Shown: piece by piece, positions 1 through 8,215 of the stretch
Layout of the letters: each line of letters starts with the position of its first letter
How positions within the stretch are numbered: the stretch's first letter is position 1
From: Nitrospirota bacterium
GTDB taxonomy: Bacteria; JACPQY01
Reading direction: 5' to 3'
NCBI GenBank assembly: GCA_016180645.1
Contig: JACPAV010000037.1
Coordinates: forward strand, 1-33,631
Length of the DNA: 33,631 bases
Translations under genes and position numbers: made by a program
The notes under the pieces: generated by a model
Databases searched by the model: none
The model's input: the letters and a program-made list of their open reading frames with translations, nothing else
What the model was told of the DNA's origin: nothing

Positions 1-1185
1 GGAGGCCGTCGGTTCTTCCTTCTTGTCTACGCCTCCGATCCCGAGCGATTGGGCGGCGGTGCCGAGAACGCCGTTGCACGTGGCTCCATTGAACGAGACG
101 CCTTTGCCGCAGACCCGGTACCCCGCTTTCGATTGCCCGCAGAGGTCCGCGACCCGACCCCGCACGCAGCCGCGAGTTCTGATCGGCTGGTCCAGGTTCC
201 ACCAGCTAAAGTGCCGAGCCAGAAACTCGTTATAGAGCCCGTCGGGACCTTCCACAATGGTCCCCAGAACTTGATTTCCCGATTCATCGATTTCCGGAAC
301 CCACGTGCCCAGTTGCTCGTCTATGTAGTAGGTCGGTATGGTGTCGCCCACCAGGAACGGCGCATTGGTTGATGGATTCATGGTCCCGGGTGGGATTTTC
401 ATCCGGACTTTGGCCGGTTGCGCGAGTGAGGAAACAACATTTCCGTCGGTATCTCTAAGCGTAATGTTCCCGAACATCACGCTTGCAAGTTCCACAATCT
501 CGCTCCCCGATCCGTCGGCCTGCCGTCGGAGGATCCGCTTGGGAGATCCCCGGACTCCGCCTCTGATCCCATCGTCGACCGCCATGAAACCGCCGGGGAA
601 CGCATCCTGATTTTGCCGTGGATCGCCCACCGTGATTTCGGCCCTCAGCACGCCGCGGATGCCCAGGGATTCGGAAGGATTGGGGATCACGACGCTCAAA
701 CTGTTGTCCGGCGCCTTGACCTCAAGAGATCCCATCTCGGGACTGACCTCGAGGTCCTGAACGAACGTGACGGGCCGCAGCTTGAGCTGAATTGAATCGG
801 ACGTCGCTCCGATTTCGAGAATCTGCGACTGAGGCGAGTAGCCCTCTTTCTCGGCCCAAATCGAAGCAGGCCCCTTTTCTTCCACGGCCAGAGTAAACAG
901 GCCCAGCCCGTCGGTCATGCCTTCCACTATCCGGGATTCCTGACCGATGGAGTTGATCCTGACGCGGACATTGAAGAGCGGGTCGCCTGACTCCAAGTCA
1001 AGAACCTGCCCCACAACCTGGAACACGGACGATGACGGGGACTCCGAAACCGGCACAGACGGCCGAGATTGTCCGAAAGTCTTGCCCTTGCAACCTGTGG
1101 ATGGGATTGAGATCAGGCCTGAGATCAGCAGACAGAAGAGCGCGGAAATCCCCAAACTACCCACACGCCCCGAGCCTCTGGACAT
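1..1185 (-). CDS. Putative lipoprotein/exported protein with carboxypeptidase-regulatory-like beta domains (3' end runs off the window)
   Basis: Absent from the ORF track because it has no stop in the window. Manual translation from ATG 1185 is open for 395 codons to base 1: MSRGSGRVGSLGISALFCLLISGLISIPSTGC (signal peptide, lipobox-like Cys), then VVGQVLDLESGDPLFNVRV...TDGLGLF...AEKEGY, and later IPTYYIDEQLGTW...HFSWWNLD..GCVRGRV. Confidence 0.85.
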   Translation of the reverse strand, partial: MSRGSGRVGSLGISALFCLLISGLISIPSTGCKGKTFGQSRPSVPVSESPSSSVFQVVGQVLDLESGDPLFNVRVRINSIGQESRIVEGMTDGLGLFTLAVEEKGPASIWAEKEGYSPQSQILEIGATSDSIQLKLRPVTFVQDLEVSPEMGSLEVKAPDNSLSVVIPNPSESLGIRGVLRAEITVGDPRQNQDAFPGGFMAVDDGIRGGVRGSPKRILRRQADGSGSEIVELASVMFGNITLRDTDGNVVSSLAQPAKVRMKIPPGTMNPSTNAPFLVGDTIPTYYIDEQLGTWVPEIDESGNQVLGTIVEGPDGLYNEFLARHFSWWNLDQPIRTRGCVRGRVADLCGQSKAGYRVCGKGVSFNGATCNGVLGTAAQSLGIGGVDKKEEPTAS

Positions 1186-1191
1186 AGGCCA

Positions 1192-1220
1192 AGTCTGGCC
1201 GAGGGCATCTTAATTGTCAA
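1192..1220 (-). promoter_or_regulatory. sigma70-type promoter of the lipoprotein gene (leaderless geometry)
   Basis: Minus strand reads TTGACA (1220-1215), 17 bp, CAGACT (1197-1192), 6 nt, ATG. Confidence 0.6.
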
Positions 1221-1247
1221 TGGGTGCTTCACACCTACCGCCACCAG

Positions 1248-1263
1248 TGTGATCCACATCACA
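1248..1263. promoter_or_regulatory. CRP-family binding site
   Basis: TGTGA-tccaca-TCACA, a perfect TGTGA-N6-TCACA in a divergent intergenic region. Confidence 0.7.
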
Positions 1264-1294
1264 ATTCGATTTTCGGGGAGAGGCACTTGGCCGG

Positions 1295-1322
1295 AAAACC
1301 CCGCTTGGGGCGGGTTTTTTTT
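1295..1322 (+). terminator. Intrinsic terminator-like hairpin
   Basis: AAAAC-CCCGC-ttggg-GCGGG followed by a run of about 8 T. Confidence 0.55.
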
Positions 1323-1422
1323 CTGAGAACCACAACGAAGCAGGAGGGTATTTGAGTTACTACGCAGAAAAAGGGCAGACCGTCACTCGGATTTGGCGTC
1401 GGTTGTGAGTATAATCCCTCCC

Positions 1423-2250
1423 ATGGCGAAGATCATGGTGGCGGAATTCAATCACCTCATTCCGGGGATGATCAAGAAATGTCTCCAGCCGATCGGGCAT
1501 GAGGTGTATACCGCGTCGCACGGCGAAGCGGCCATCGAGGTGTGGAAACAGTCGCAGCCGGATCTCTTGATGACGGGCATCATGCTTCCGGGCATCGACG
1601 GGTACGAACTCATTCGCCAGTGGAAATCCGAAGGAAGTTCCCCCAAGCCGGCCATCATCATCGCAGGCAAGGGAGGCCAGCCCGTGGACACTCAACTCGC
1701 CTCCCAGATCGGTGTGGACGCCGTGCTGAACTATCCTTTCAAGTCGACCGACGTGGTGGAGATTGTCGATCGGGTGCTCGAGGAAGCGGCGACGGGATCG
1801 CTCACGCCGAATCCGTCGATCACCCCAAGGCCTGCAGCCGTGTCACGTCCCGCCGGCGAACGCGTTCCCACCGGACCCCACCCCGGTGCGCCTCCGAAGG
1901 CGCCGGCGCCGGCCACTCCAGCAAGGAGCTTGAAGGAGGAGCTTGTCGGCGAGGGCCTGCTCGATGTCCGCGGCACTCGACCGACTCCATTCCCGATGGG
2001 TGGGAGACCTGCGCCGGTGACCCCACGCCCCGCCGCCGCCGCTCCTCTTCGCGGTGGCCGCGCCGCTCCCGCGGCAAGCGCAATTCTGAAATCCGTGCCC
2101 GCATCGGTTCCGGCATCTCGCGTCGGAGACCCATCCGCCCAGCTCCGTGACATGCTGAACGCAAAGTTTCAGGAAGTCACCGATGCCATCATCCGGAGCC
2201 TTCCGGCCATCGTGGAGAAGATCGTGGACGAGAAGTTGGGCAAGCGGTGA
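1423..2250 (+). CDS. Atypical (pseudo-)receiver domain protein with Pro/Ala-rich linker and helical C-terminus; RomR-like
   Basis: REC pattern (PDLLMTGIMLPGIDGYEL, GVDAVLNYPF) with the phosphoacceptor Asp replaced by Gly and KPF replaced by YPF. Low-complexity linker; C-terminal LPAIVEKIVDEKL. Start placed at ATG 1423, 7 nt after TATAAT (1410-1415). Stop overlaps the valS start. Confidence 0.8.
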   Translation: MAKIMVAEFNHLIPGMIKKCLQPIGHEVYTASHGEAAIEVWKQSQPDLLMTGIMLPGIDGYELIRQWKSEGSSPKPAIIIAGKGGQPVDTQLASQIGVDAVLNYPFKSTDVVEIVDRVLEEAATGSLTPNPSITPRPAAVSRPAGERVPTGPHPGAPPKAPAPATPARSLKEELVGEGLLDVRGTRPTPFPMGGRPAPVTPRPAAAAPLRGGRAAPAASAILKSVPASVPASRVGDPSAQLRDMLNAKFQEVTDAIIRSLPAIVEKIVDEKLGKR

Positions 2251-4976
2251 GCACTCAACCCCGCACCCCAAATCGGCTGCCCTCTCCAGCGGTGGGCGGA
2301 ATCGATCTCCCCAAAGCCTACGAGCCGAAAGATGTGGAGATCCGATGGAGCGAGGTTTGGCTCAGGGAGAATCTGTTCGCTCCAGAGGCGGGATCCCGGG
2401 ATGGGCAACAACGGCATCCGTTCTGCATGGTGATTCCTCCGCCGAACGTTACGGGGTCCCTGCACATGGGTCACGCTCTCAACAATACGCTTCAAGACAT
2501 TCTCGCGCGCTGGCATCGGATGAAAGGCGAGGCGGTTTTGTGGCTACCAGGCACGGATCATGCGGGCATCGCCACACAGAACGTGGTCGAGCGCGAACTG
2601 GGGAAAGAAGGGAAGAAACGTCACCACCTCGGACGGGAGAAGTTCATCGAGCGAGTGTGGGAATGGAAGGGGAAGTACGGCGACGTCATCGTCAACCAGC
2701 TCAAGCGCCTGGGGGCGTCCTGCGATTGGTCGCGCCTCCGATTCACGATGGATGATGGACTTTCGAAAGCGGTCCGCGAGGTGTTTGTGCGCCTCTACAA
2801 TGGGGGATTGATTTACCGCGGGCTGTACATGATCAACTGGTGCCCCCGGTGCCAGACCGCCCTCAGCGATTTGGAAGTCGAACAAGTGCCTACGAAAGGG
2901 CACCTCTGGGAGATTGCGTATCCCTTTTCGGACGGGAGTGGAAGTTTGGTGGTGGCGACGACGCGGCCGGAGACGCTTCTCGGCGACACAGCGGTGGCGG
3001 TGCACCCCGAGGATTCGCGCTTCGCAGGTGTCATCGGGAAATCCGTCCGGATTCCGTTCGTGGAGAGGGATGTTCCCGTCATTGCCGAAGAGACTGTCGA
3101 GCGGGAATTCGGAACGGGCGCCGTGAAAATCACACCGGCACACGACTTCAAGGATTTTGAGTTGGGCCGCAAGCACAAGCTCGCCGAGATTTCCATCATG
3201 GACCCATTTGGAAAGATGTCCTCCGATGCCGGGGAAAACTACAAAGGGCTGGACCGCTTCGAATGCCGAAAGAAGATTCTTGCCGATCTTGGGGAACGGG
3301 GGCTGCTCGTATCTGAAAAACCGTACGACTTGATTCTCGGTCACTGCTACCGTTGCCGGACGGTCGTCGAACCGCGCGTTTCGCTTCAGTGGTTTGTGAA
3401 AACGAAACCCCTGGCCGACGAGGCGGCGAAGGCGGTGCGCGACGGCCGAATGAAACTCGTTCCCGCCCACTGGGAAAACACCTACTTCGACTGGCTCGAC
3501 AACATCCGCGACTGGTGCATTTCGCGGCAGATCTGGTGGGGACACCGGGTGCCGGTGTGGTATTGCTTGGATGGGCGAAAGGCGGAAGGCGAAGGGCGAA
3601 AAGAGTGTGCGCCCGTTGTGTCGGTTGAAGTTCCAAAGACGTGTCCCTCGTGTGGTGGAACCAATCTGGAGCAGGACACGGATGTGCTGGACACGTGGTT
3701 CTCCTCCGCATTGTGGCCGTTCTCCACGCTTGGGTGGCCGAGTGAGACGAAGGACCTCAAGACGTTTTACCCCACCAGCGTGCTGGTTACCGGGTTCGAC
3801 ATTCTTTTCTTCTGGGTGGCTCGCATGATGATGATGGGGCTGAAGTTCATGGGAGACGTCCCGTTCCGCACGGTCTACATCCACGCCCTCGTGCGGGACG
3901 CGGAAGGGAAGAAGATGAGCAAGTCGAAGGGCAACGTGATCGATCCGCTGGAGATCATGGACGAGTACGGCACGGACGCCCTTCGCTTTACGCTGGCTTC
4001 GATGGTGATGCTGGGGCGCGATGTGAAACTGAACTGGGAGCGGATCGAGGGCTACAAGCACTTCATCAATAAGCTCTGGAACAGCGCGAGATTTGTGCTG
4101 CGCAACGCCGGAGGCACGTCGGTGATCCCTCCGAAGACGCAAGAGCTCGGTCCGTACGATCGATGGATTCTGTCGCGTCTTCAGGACGCGATCGGTCGGA
4201 CGTCGGCGGCCCTCAACGACTATCGATTCAGTGACGCGGCGGACACGATGTACCACTTCGTTTGGAACGACTTCTGCGACTGGTATCTGGAGATGGCCAA
4301 ACCAGGGCTTCAATCCGAGGGTGGGGCGAGTGACGGTTCTCGCCGGACCATGGTGTGGGTTCTGTCGAACATCCTGAAGCTTCTGCATCCGTTCGTGCCG
4401 TTCGTCACCGAAGAAATCTGGAGCCTGGGCAAGTTCTCCGAGGGGAGGCTGTGTTGGGAGGAGTTCCCCCTCGCCCAGCCCTCTTGGATTGACCCAGGAC
4501 TTGAATCCGAGATTGAAACAGTTCGGCGGGCGATCACGGAGGGGCGGCATCAGCGTTCGACCCTGGGCGTTCCCCAGGACAAGTCTGTGAAAGTGGTTCT
4601 GGCGAGCGGTGAGGCGGAGTCGCGAAACGTGTTGGGTCGGCATCGGGACCTTGCCGTTCGATTCATCAAGGCCGATCCACTCGAGATCTCAGCTGAACTT
4701 CCTGCCATGGGCAAGGGAGGCGTGGCGATACCGCTGGGTGGTGGAACGACACTCTGCATGGAATGGGAGGGGGGACACGAGAAAGAATTGGCCGAGTTGG
4801 AGAAAAAACGCGCCTCCGTGGACGGAGAACTTCGCCGCGTGTCGGACCGTCTGGGTAAGGACGATTTTGTCCGCCGCGCGCCGGCGGAGGTGGTGGATCG
4901 TGCCCGTAAGCAGAAAGACGAGCTGGCTCGGCTGGCGGAGGATATCGACAAGCGGCTCGCCGAACTCCGGGCGTGA
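2247..4976 (+). CDS. valS: Valine--tRNA ligase
   Basis: PPPNVTGSLHMGH (HIGH), GTDHAGIATQ, DWCISRQIWWGH, KMSKS, C-terminal coiled coil; 909 aa. Confidence 0.99.
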   Translation: MSTQPRTPNRLPSPAVGGIDLPKAYEPKDVEIRWSEVWLRENLFAPEAGSRDGQQRHPFCMVIPPPNVTGSLHMGHALNNTLQDILARWHRMKGEAVLWLPGTDHAGIATQNVVERELGKEGKKRHHLGREKFIERVWEWKGKYGDVIVNQLKRLGASCDWSRLRFTMDDGLSKAVREVFVRLYNGGLIYRGLYMINWCPRCQTALSDLEVEQVPTKGHLWEIAYPFSDGSGSLVVATTRPETLLGDTAVAVHPEDSRFAGVIGKSVRIPFVERDVPVIAEETVEREFGTGAVKITPAHDFKDFELGRKHKLAEISIMDPFGKMSSDAGENYKGLDRFECRKKILADLGERGLLVSEKPYDLILGHCYRCRTVVEPRVSLQWFVKTKPLADEAAKAVRDGRMKLVPAHWENTYFDWLDNIRDWCISRQIWWGHRVPVWYCLDGRKAEGEGRKECAPVVSVEVPKTCPSCGGTNLEQDTDVLDTWFSSALWPFSTLGWPSETKDLKTFYPTSVLVTGFDILFFWVARMMMMGLKFMGDVPFRTVYIHALVRDAEGKKMSKSKGNVIDPLEIMDEYGTDALRFTLASMVMLGRDVKLNWERIEGYKHFINKLWNSARFVLRNAGGTSVIPPKTQELGPYDRWILSRLQDAIGRTSAALNDYRFSDAADTMYHFVWNDFCDWYLEMAKPGLQSEGGASDGSRRTMVWVLSNILKLLHPFVPFVTEEIWSLGKFSEGRLCWEEFPLAQPSWIDPGLESEIETVRRAITEGRHQRSTLGVPQDKSVKVVLASGEAESRNVLGRHRDLAVRFIKADPLEISAELPAMGKGGVAIPLGGGTTLCMEWEGGHEKELAELEKKRASVDGELRRVSDRLGKDDFVRRAPAEVVDRARKQKDELARLAEDIDKRLAELRA
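3574..3601 (+). repeat. 4x heptamer GGCGRAR tandem repeat inside valS
   Basis: ggcgaaa ggcggaa ggcgaag ggcgaaa. Confidence 0.7.
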
Positions 4977-4995
4977 GCCCGCCACCCCCCTCCGA

Positions 4996-5030
4996 ATTTG
5001 AGATTTCAAATTTGAAATTTGAGATTTTGA
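4996..5030. repeat. 5x AT-rich heptamer tandem repeat between valS and nadC
   Basis: atttgag atttcaa atttgaa atttgag attttga. Confidence 0.8.
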
Positions 5031-5043
5031 AGGTGGTGGTGGG

Positions 5044-5967
5044 GTGAGTTTCGTTCTGCCGCCTGCTGAAATTCGCCGACTCGTTCGCGAGGCGCTTCGC
5101 GAGGACCTCGGCCGCAAAGGCGACATAACATCGAAGGTCGTCGTTCCGGCATCAGTCCGCGCGGTCGCGCAGATCATCTCCAGGCAATCGAGCGTCTGTG
5201 CAGGACTTCCGTTCGTGCAGGAAGTCTACCGGCAATTGGATCGGGGCACGCGTGTACGCTTGCGGGTTCGGGACGGCCGGAGAGTTCGGAAAGGCCAAGT
5301 TCTAGCCGAAGTCCGCGGTCCCGCACGAGCCTTGCTCGCGGGCGAACGGGTGAGTCTCAATTTTCTGGGTCGGCTGGGCGGCATCGCGACGCTGACGCGC
5401 CGGTTTGTCGATGCGGTTGGTGGGTCACGCGCCGCCCCCTTTGCACGGCTCAGGGGACGGCGAAAAGAATCGCTATGGGGTCCCCGCGCCGTGATTCTGG
5501 ATACGAGGAAAACGACGCCGCTGCTGAGGCAGGCGGAAAAATATGCGGTTCGAATAGGCGGTGGACGCAATCATCGAATGGGCCTCTACGACGGGTGTTT
5601 GATCAAGGACAATCATATCAAGGCGGCGGGTGGAATAGCGCCGGCGGTTCGGCGGGCAGTGTCGGTGAACGGCGGGTCCGTTATCACCGAAACCGAAAAC
5701 CTGCGCCAGGTGAAGGAAGCCTGTGAGGCGGGAACATCGATCATCCTGCTGGACAACTTCCACGGCTCGTCGTTGGGCCAAGCCGTTCGATGGGTGAAGG
5801 CGCACCACCCGCGAGTCAAGATCGAGTTGTCCGGAGGGGTGAACTTGCGAAATGTGGGACGACTGGCCGGGCTGGGCGTCGACCGGATTTCCGTGGGAGC
5901 GCTCACTCACTCCGCGCCGTCCGTGGATTTGCATATGTCGATGAGGTTGCTGCCGCGCCGATCCTGA
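5044..5967 (+). CDS. nadC: Nicotinate-nucleotide pyrophosphorylase (quinolinate phosphoribosyltransferase), carrying a 19-aa insertion
   Basis: EDLGRKGDITS, ERVSLNFL, ILDTRKTTP, NHRMGLYD, LIKDNH, ILLDNF, SGGV, ISVGALTHS. Confidence 0.97.
   Translation: MSFVLPPAEIRRLVREALREDLGRKGDITSKVVVPASVRAVAQIISRQSSVCAGLPFVQEVYRQLDRGTRVRLRVRDGRRVRKGQVLAEVRGPARALLAGERVSLNFLGRLGGIATLTRRFVDAVGGSRAAPFARLRGRRKESLWGPRAVILDTRKTTPLLRQAEKYAVRIGGGRNHRMGLYDGCLIKDNHIKAAGGIAPAVRRAVSVNGGSVITETENLRQVKEACEAGTSIILLDNFHGSSLGQAVRWVKAHHPRVKIELSGGVNLRNVGRLAGLGVDRISVGALTHSAPSVDLHMSMRLLPRRS
5428..5491. mobile_element. 57-bp hairpin mini-element (copy 1), in-frame in nadC, flanked by CGCGCCG direct repeats
   Basis: CGCGCCG at 5428-5434 and 5485-5491 (57 bp apart). 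Internal stem CGCCGCCCCC...GGGGACGGCG. Gapless similarity to the reverse complement of 16408-16476. Confidence 0.7.
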
Positions 5968-6764
5968 TGGCGGAACTCCCTTCCGATCTCCGGAATCTGG
6001 AATCCCGACTGGAGGGCTGTTCCGTTCTCAGAAGGGTGGTCTGCTTTTCGGAGATCGAGTCGACCAGCGAACACCTGAAAGCCCTCGCGCGAGCGGGCGA
6101 AGAAGAGGGAATGGTCGTGATCGCCGATCACCAGACGGCGGGGCATGGACGCCACGGGCGTTCCTGGTACTCGCCGCCAGGTGTGAATCTCTACTTGTCC
6201 GTCCTGCTGCGCCCCTCAATCGAGCCGTCCAAGGCCCCCTTGCTTTCCCTTTTCGCCGCCGTCTGCGTGGCGGAGAGCGTGCGCGCCGTGTGCGGTATCC
6301 GGGCGGGCATCAAGTGGCCCAACGATATTCTCCTTCGGGGTAAGAAGTGTTCCGGAATTCTGGTTGACATGGAGGGAGGGTCGCGGGGAGTGGACTGGGT
6401 AGTGGTGGGGATCGGGCTGAACGTCAACGGGCGCGACTGGCCGGAGGAGATCCGTCCCACCGCCACCTCGTTGGCCGAGCAATCGGGCAGAAGGTTCGAC
6501 CGGGGAGTCGTGGGCTCCACGTTGATCGGCAGGATGGACTCAGAGTATGTGAAGGCTCTCGGCGATGGATTTGCGTCCGTGCGTGAAAAATGGTTGGCGT
6601 ATGATATGCTCTCCGGCGAAAGGATCCGCTTGACGGAACGGGGAACCGTGACCGAAGGTGTGGTTATCGGATACGACGATCTCGGAGCCATCATTCTCGG
6701 AGATGAGGATGGATCGCGGCGAAAAGTGTTCTCCGGCGAGGCGGAAAGGGTGGCGAGGGTCTGA
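5967..6764 (+). CDS. birA: Biotin--[acetyl-CoA-carboxylase] ligase (no N-terminal HTH)
   Basis: QTAGHGRHGRSWYSP, IKWPNDI, KKCSGIL, VVGIGLNVN. ATG 5967 overlaps the nadC stop (TGATG). Confidence 0.95.
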   Translation: MAELPSDLRNLESRLEGCSVLRRVVCFSEIESTSEHLKALARAGEEEGMVVIADHQTAGHGRHGRSWYSPPGVNLYLSVLLRPSIEPSKAPLLSLFAAVCVAESVRAVCGIRAGIKWPNDILLRGKKCSGILVDMEGGSRGVDWVVVGIGLNVNGRDWPEEIRPTATSLAEQSGRRFDRGVVGSTLIGRMDSEYVKALGDGFASVREKWLAYDMLSGERIRLTERGTVTEGVVIGYDDLGAIILGDEDGSRRKVFSGEAERVARV

Positions 6765-7537
6765 TGCTGCTGGCCGTGGATGTCGGAAATACAAACACCG
6801 TGCTGGGCGTGTTCGATGGTCCGAAATTGTTGCACGATTGGCGGATTGCAACCGAGAAGGGCCGCACCGCCGATGAGTACGGGATCTTCATCATGAGCCT
6901 GCTCGAGAGGAAAGGACTTGATCCTGCCGTCGTCGAGCACCTGATTGTGTCCTGCGTGGTCCCACCCGTGCTCTTTCCCATGGAACAGATGGGAGAGAAA
7001 TATTTTCACGCCCGGCCGCTTATCGTCGGGCCGGGGATCAAGACCGGCATGCCGGTCCTGTACGACAACCCTCGGGAAGTGGGCGCGGATCGGGTGGTGA
7101 ATGCGGTTGCGGCTTTCGAGTCGTGCCACCGGGAGTGCCTGGTCGTGGATTTCGGAACAGCGACGACGTTCGATTGTATATCCAGGAAAGGTGAGTACAT
7201 CGGGGGAGTCATCACGCCGGGCATCGGGATCTCTCTGGAAGCGCTGGTCTCGCGCACCTCGAAGCTTCCGGGCGTCGAAATTGTCCGGCCGGAGCGGGTT
7301 ATCGGCAAGAACACCATCCAAAGCATTCAGTCCGGCATGTACTACGGGTATCTCGGTCTCGTGGAGGAGATGGTCCGGCGTTTGAAGCGCGAAGTGGGCG
7401 CCGAGGCGCGGGTGTTCGGGACCGGCGGACTCGGGGGCCTGATCGAGCGCGATGCCACGTGCATTGATGAATGGGACGAGATGCTGACGCTCCGCGGACT
7501 AAAGATCATCTTCGACCGGAACGTGGGGGAACGATGA
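6764..7537 (+). CDS. coaX: Type III pantothenate kinase
   Basis: LAVDVGNTNT, EVGADRVVN, VVDFGTATT, GGVITPG, TGG. Confidence 0.97.
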   Translation: MLLAVDVGNTNTVLGVFDGPKLLHDWRIATEKGRTADEYGIFIMSLLERKGLDPAVVEHLIVSCVVPPVLFPMEQMGEKYFHARPLIVGPGIKTGMPVLYDNPREVGADRVVNAVAAFESCHRECLVVDFGTATTFDCISRKGEYIGGVITPGIGISLEALVSRTSKLPGVEIVRPERVIGKNTIQSIQSGMYYGYLGLVEEMVRRLKREVGAEARVFGTGGLGGLIERDATCIDEWDEMLTLRGLKIIFDRNVGER

Positions 7538-8202
7538 AGAAAGCCGTCCTGGGGCTAGTCCTGACGGGTCCCTGCTGGCTCCTTATGCTTCTGGGATGGG
7601 GGTGGGGGGATCTTGCCTCGTTTTTTTCCTCCTGGGAAAGGGCGGTCGCGCTCGCTTCTCTCTGGCCAATGTTTTGGGCGGGCCTGGCCGCAGGCATCAG
7701 GCTTTCGGGCCCCGCCCAATCGGAATCGAGACTCCAGGCGATCATCCCGCCTTTCGTAACGGGAGGCTTTGCCCTCGGTATGTTTGCGCTTCCGAGAATG
7801 GATCACCTCGGATCGCCTGTATGGATGATCCTCGCCTACCCGGAAATCTACCGACCTCTGGGACTGGCTCTGATGCTGGCTGGTCTCGGCGTTGCGTCCT
7901 GGGCGCTTCTGACGCTGAGACGCTTCTTCAGCCCAAGAATCATGGTTCAGAAGGATCATCAGCTCATTCGCCGGGGGCCCTATCAGTGGATTCGCCATCC
8001 CTTCTATCTGGGGCTGATCTTGTTGTCGATCGGTTTCCCTTTGGTGTTCAGATCATGGCTGGGAATGCCCGTGACGATACTTTTCTTCCCGGCTGTAGCG
8101 TGGCGCATGACCATCGAGGAGAAACTTCTTGGCGACGCTTTCGGTGCAGCCTATGAAGAATACAAGAAAACATCTTGGCGGCTGTTGCCGCATGTCTATT
8201 GA
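7534..8202 (+). CDS. Isoprenylcysteine carboxyl methyltransferase (ICMT/PEMT) family membrane protein
   Basis: Multi-TM protein with HQLIRRGPYQWIRHPFY and EEKLL..FGAAYEEY motifs. ATG 7534 overlaps the coaX stop. Confidence 0.88.
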   Translation: MKKAVLGLVLTGPCWLLMLLGWGWGDLASFFSSWERAVALASLWPMFWAGLAAGIRLSGPAQSESRLQAIIPPFVTGGFALGMFALPRMDHLGSPVWMILAYPEIYRPLGLALMLAGLGVASWALLTLRRFFSPRIMVQKDHQLIRRGPYQWIRHPFYLGLILLSIGFPLVFRSWLGMPVTILFFPAVAWRMTIEEKLLGDAFGAAYEEYKKTSWRLLPHVY

Positions 8203-8215
8203 GAGGAGGAAGCCG

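Noticed and set aside
23-1213. Short plus-strand ORFs in the ORF track
   Set aside because: They lie antisense to the continuous minus-strand frame 1185 to 1, which has a signal peptide, domain-like sequence and a promoter.
2257-2300. Possible third mini-element in the valS N-terminal extension (accccgcaccccaaat...ctgccc/gggcgg)
   Set aside because: Only short matches and a weak hairpin; it cannot be aligned convincingly to the 57-bp element.
2544-4643. 699-aa minus-strand ORF (and similar shadows over ccm, liv and pcrA)
   Set aside because: Antisense to unambiguous genes, with no independent signals.
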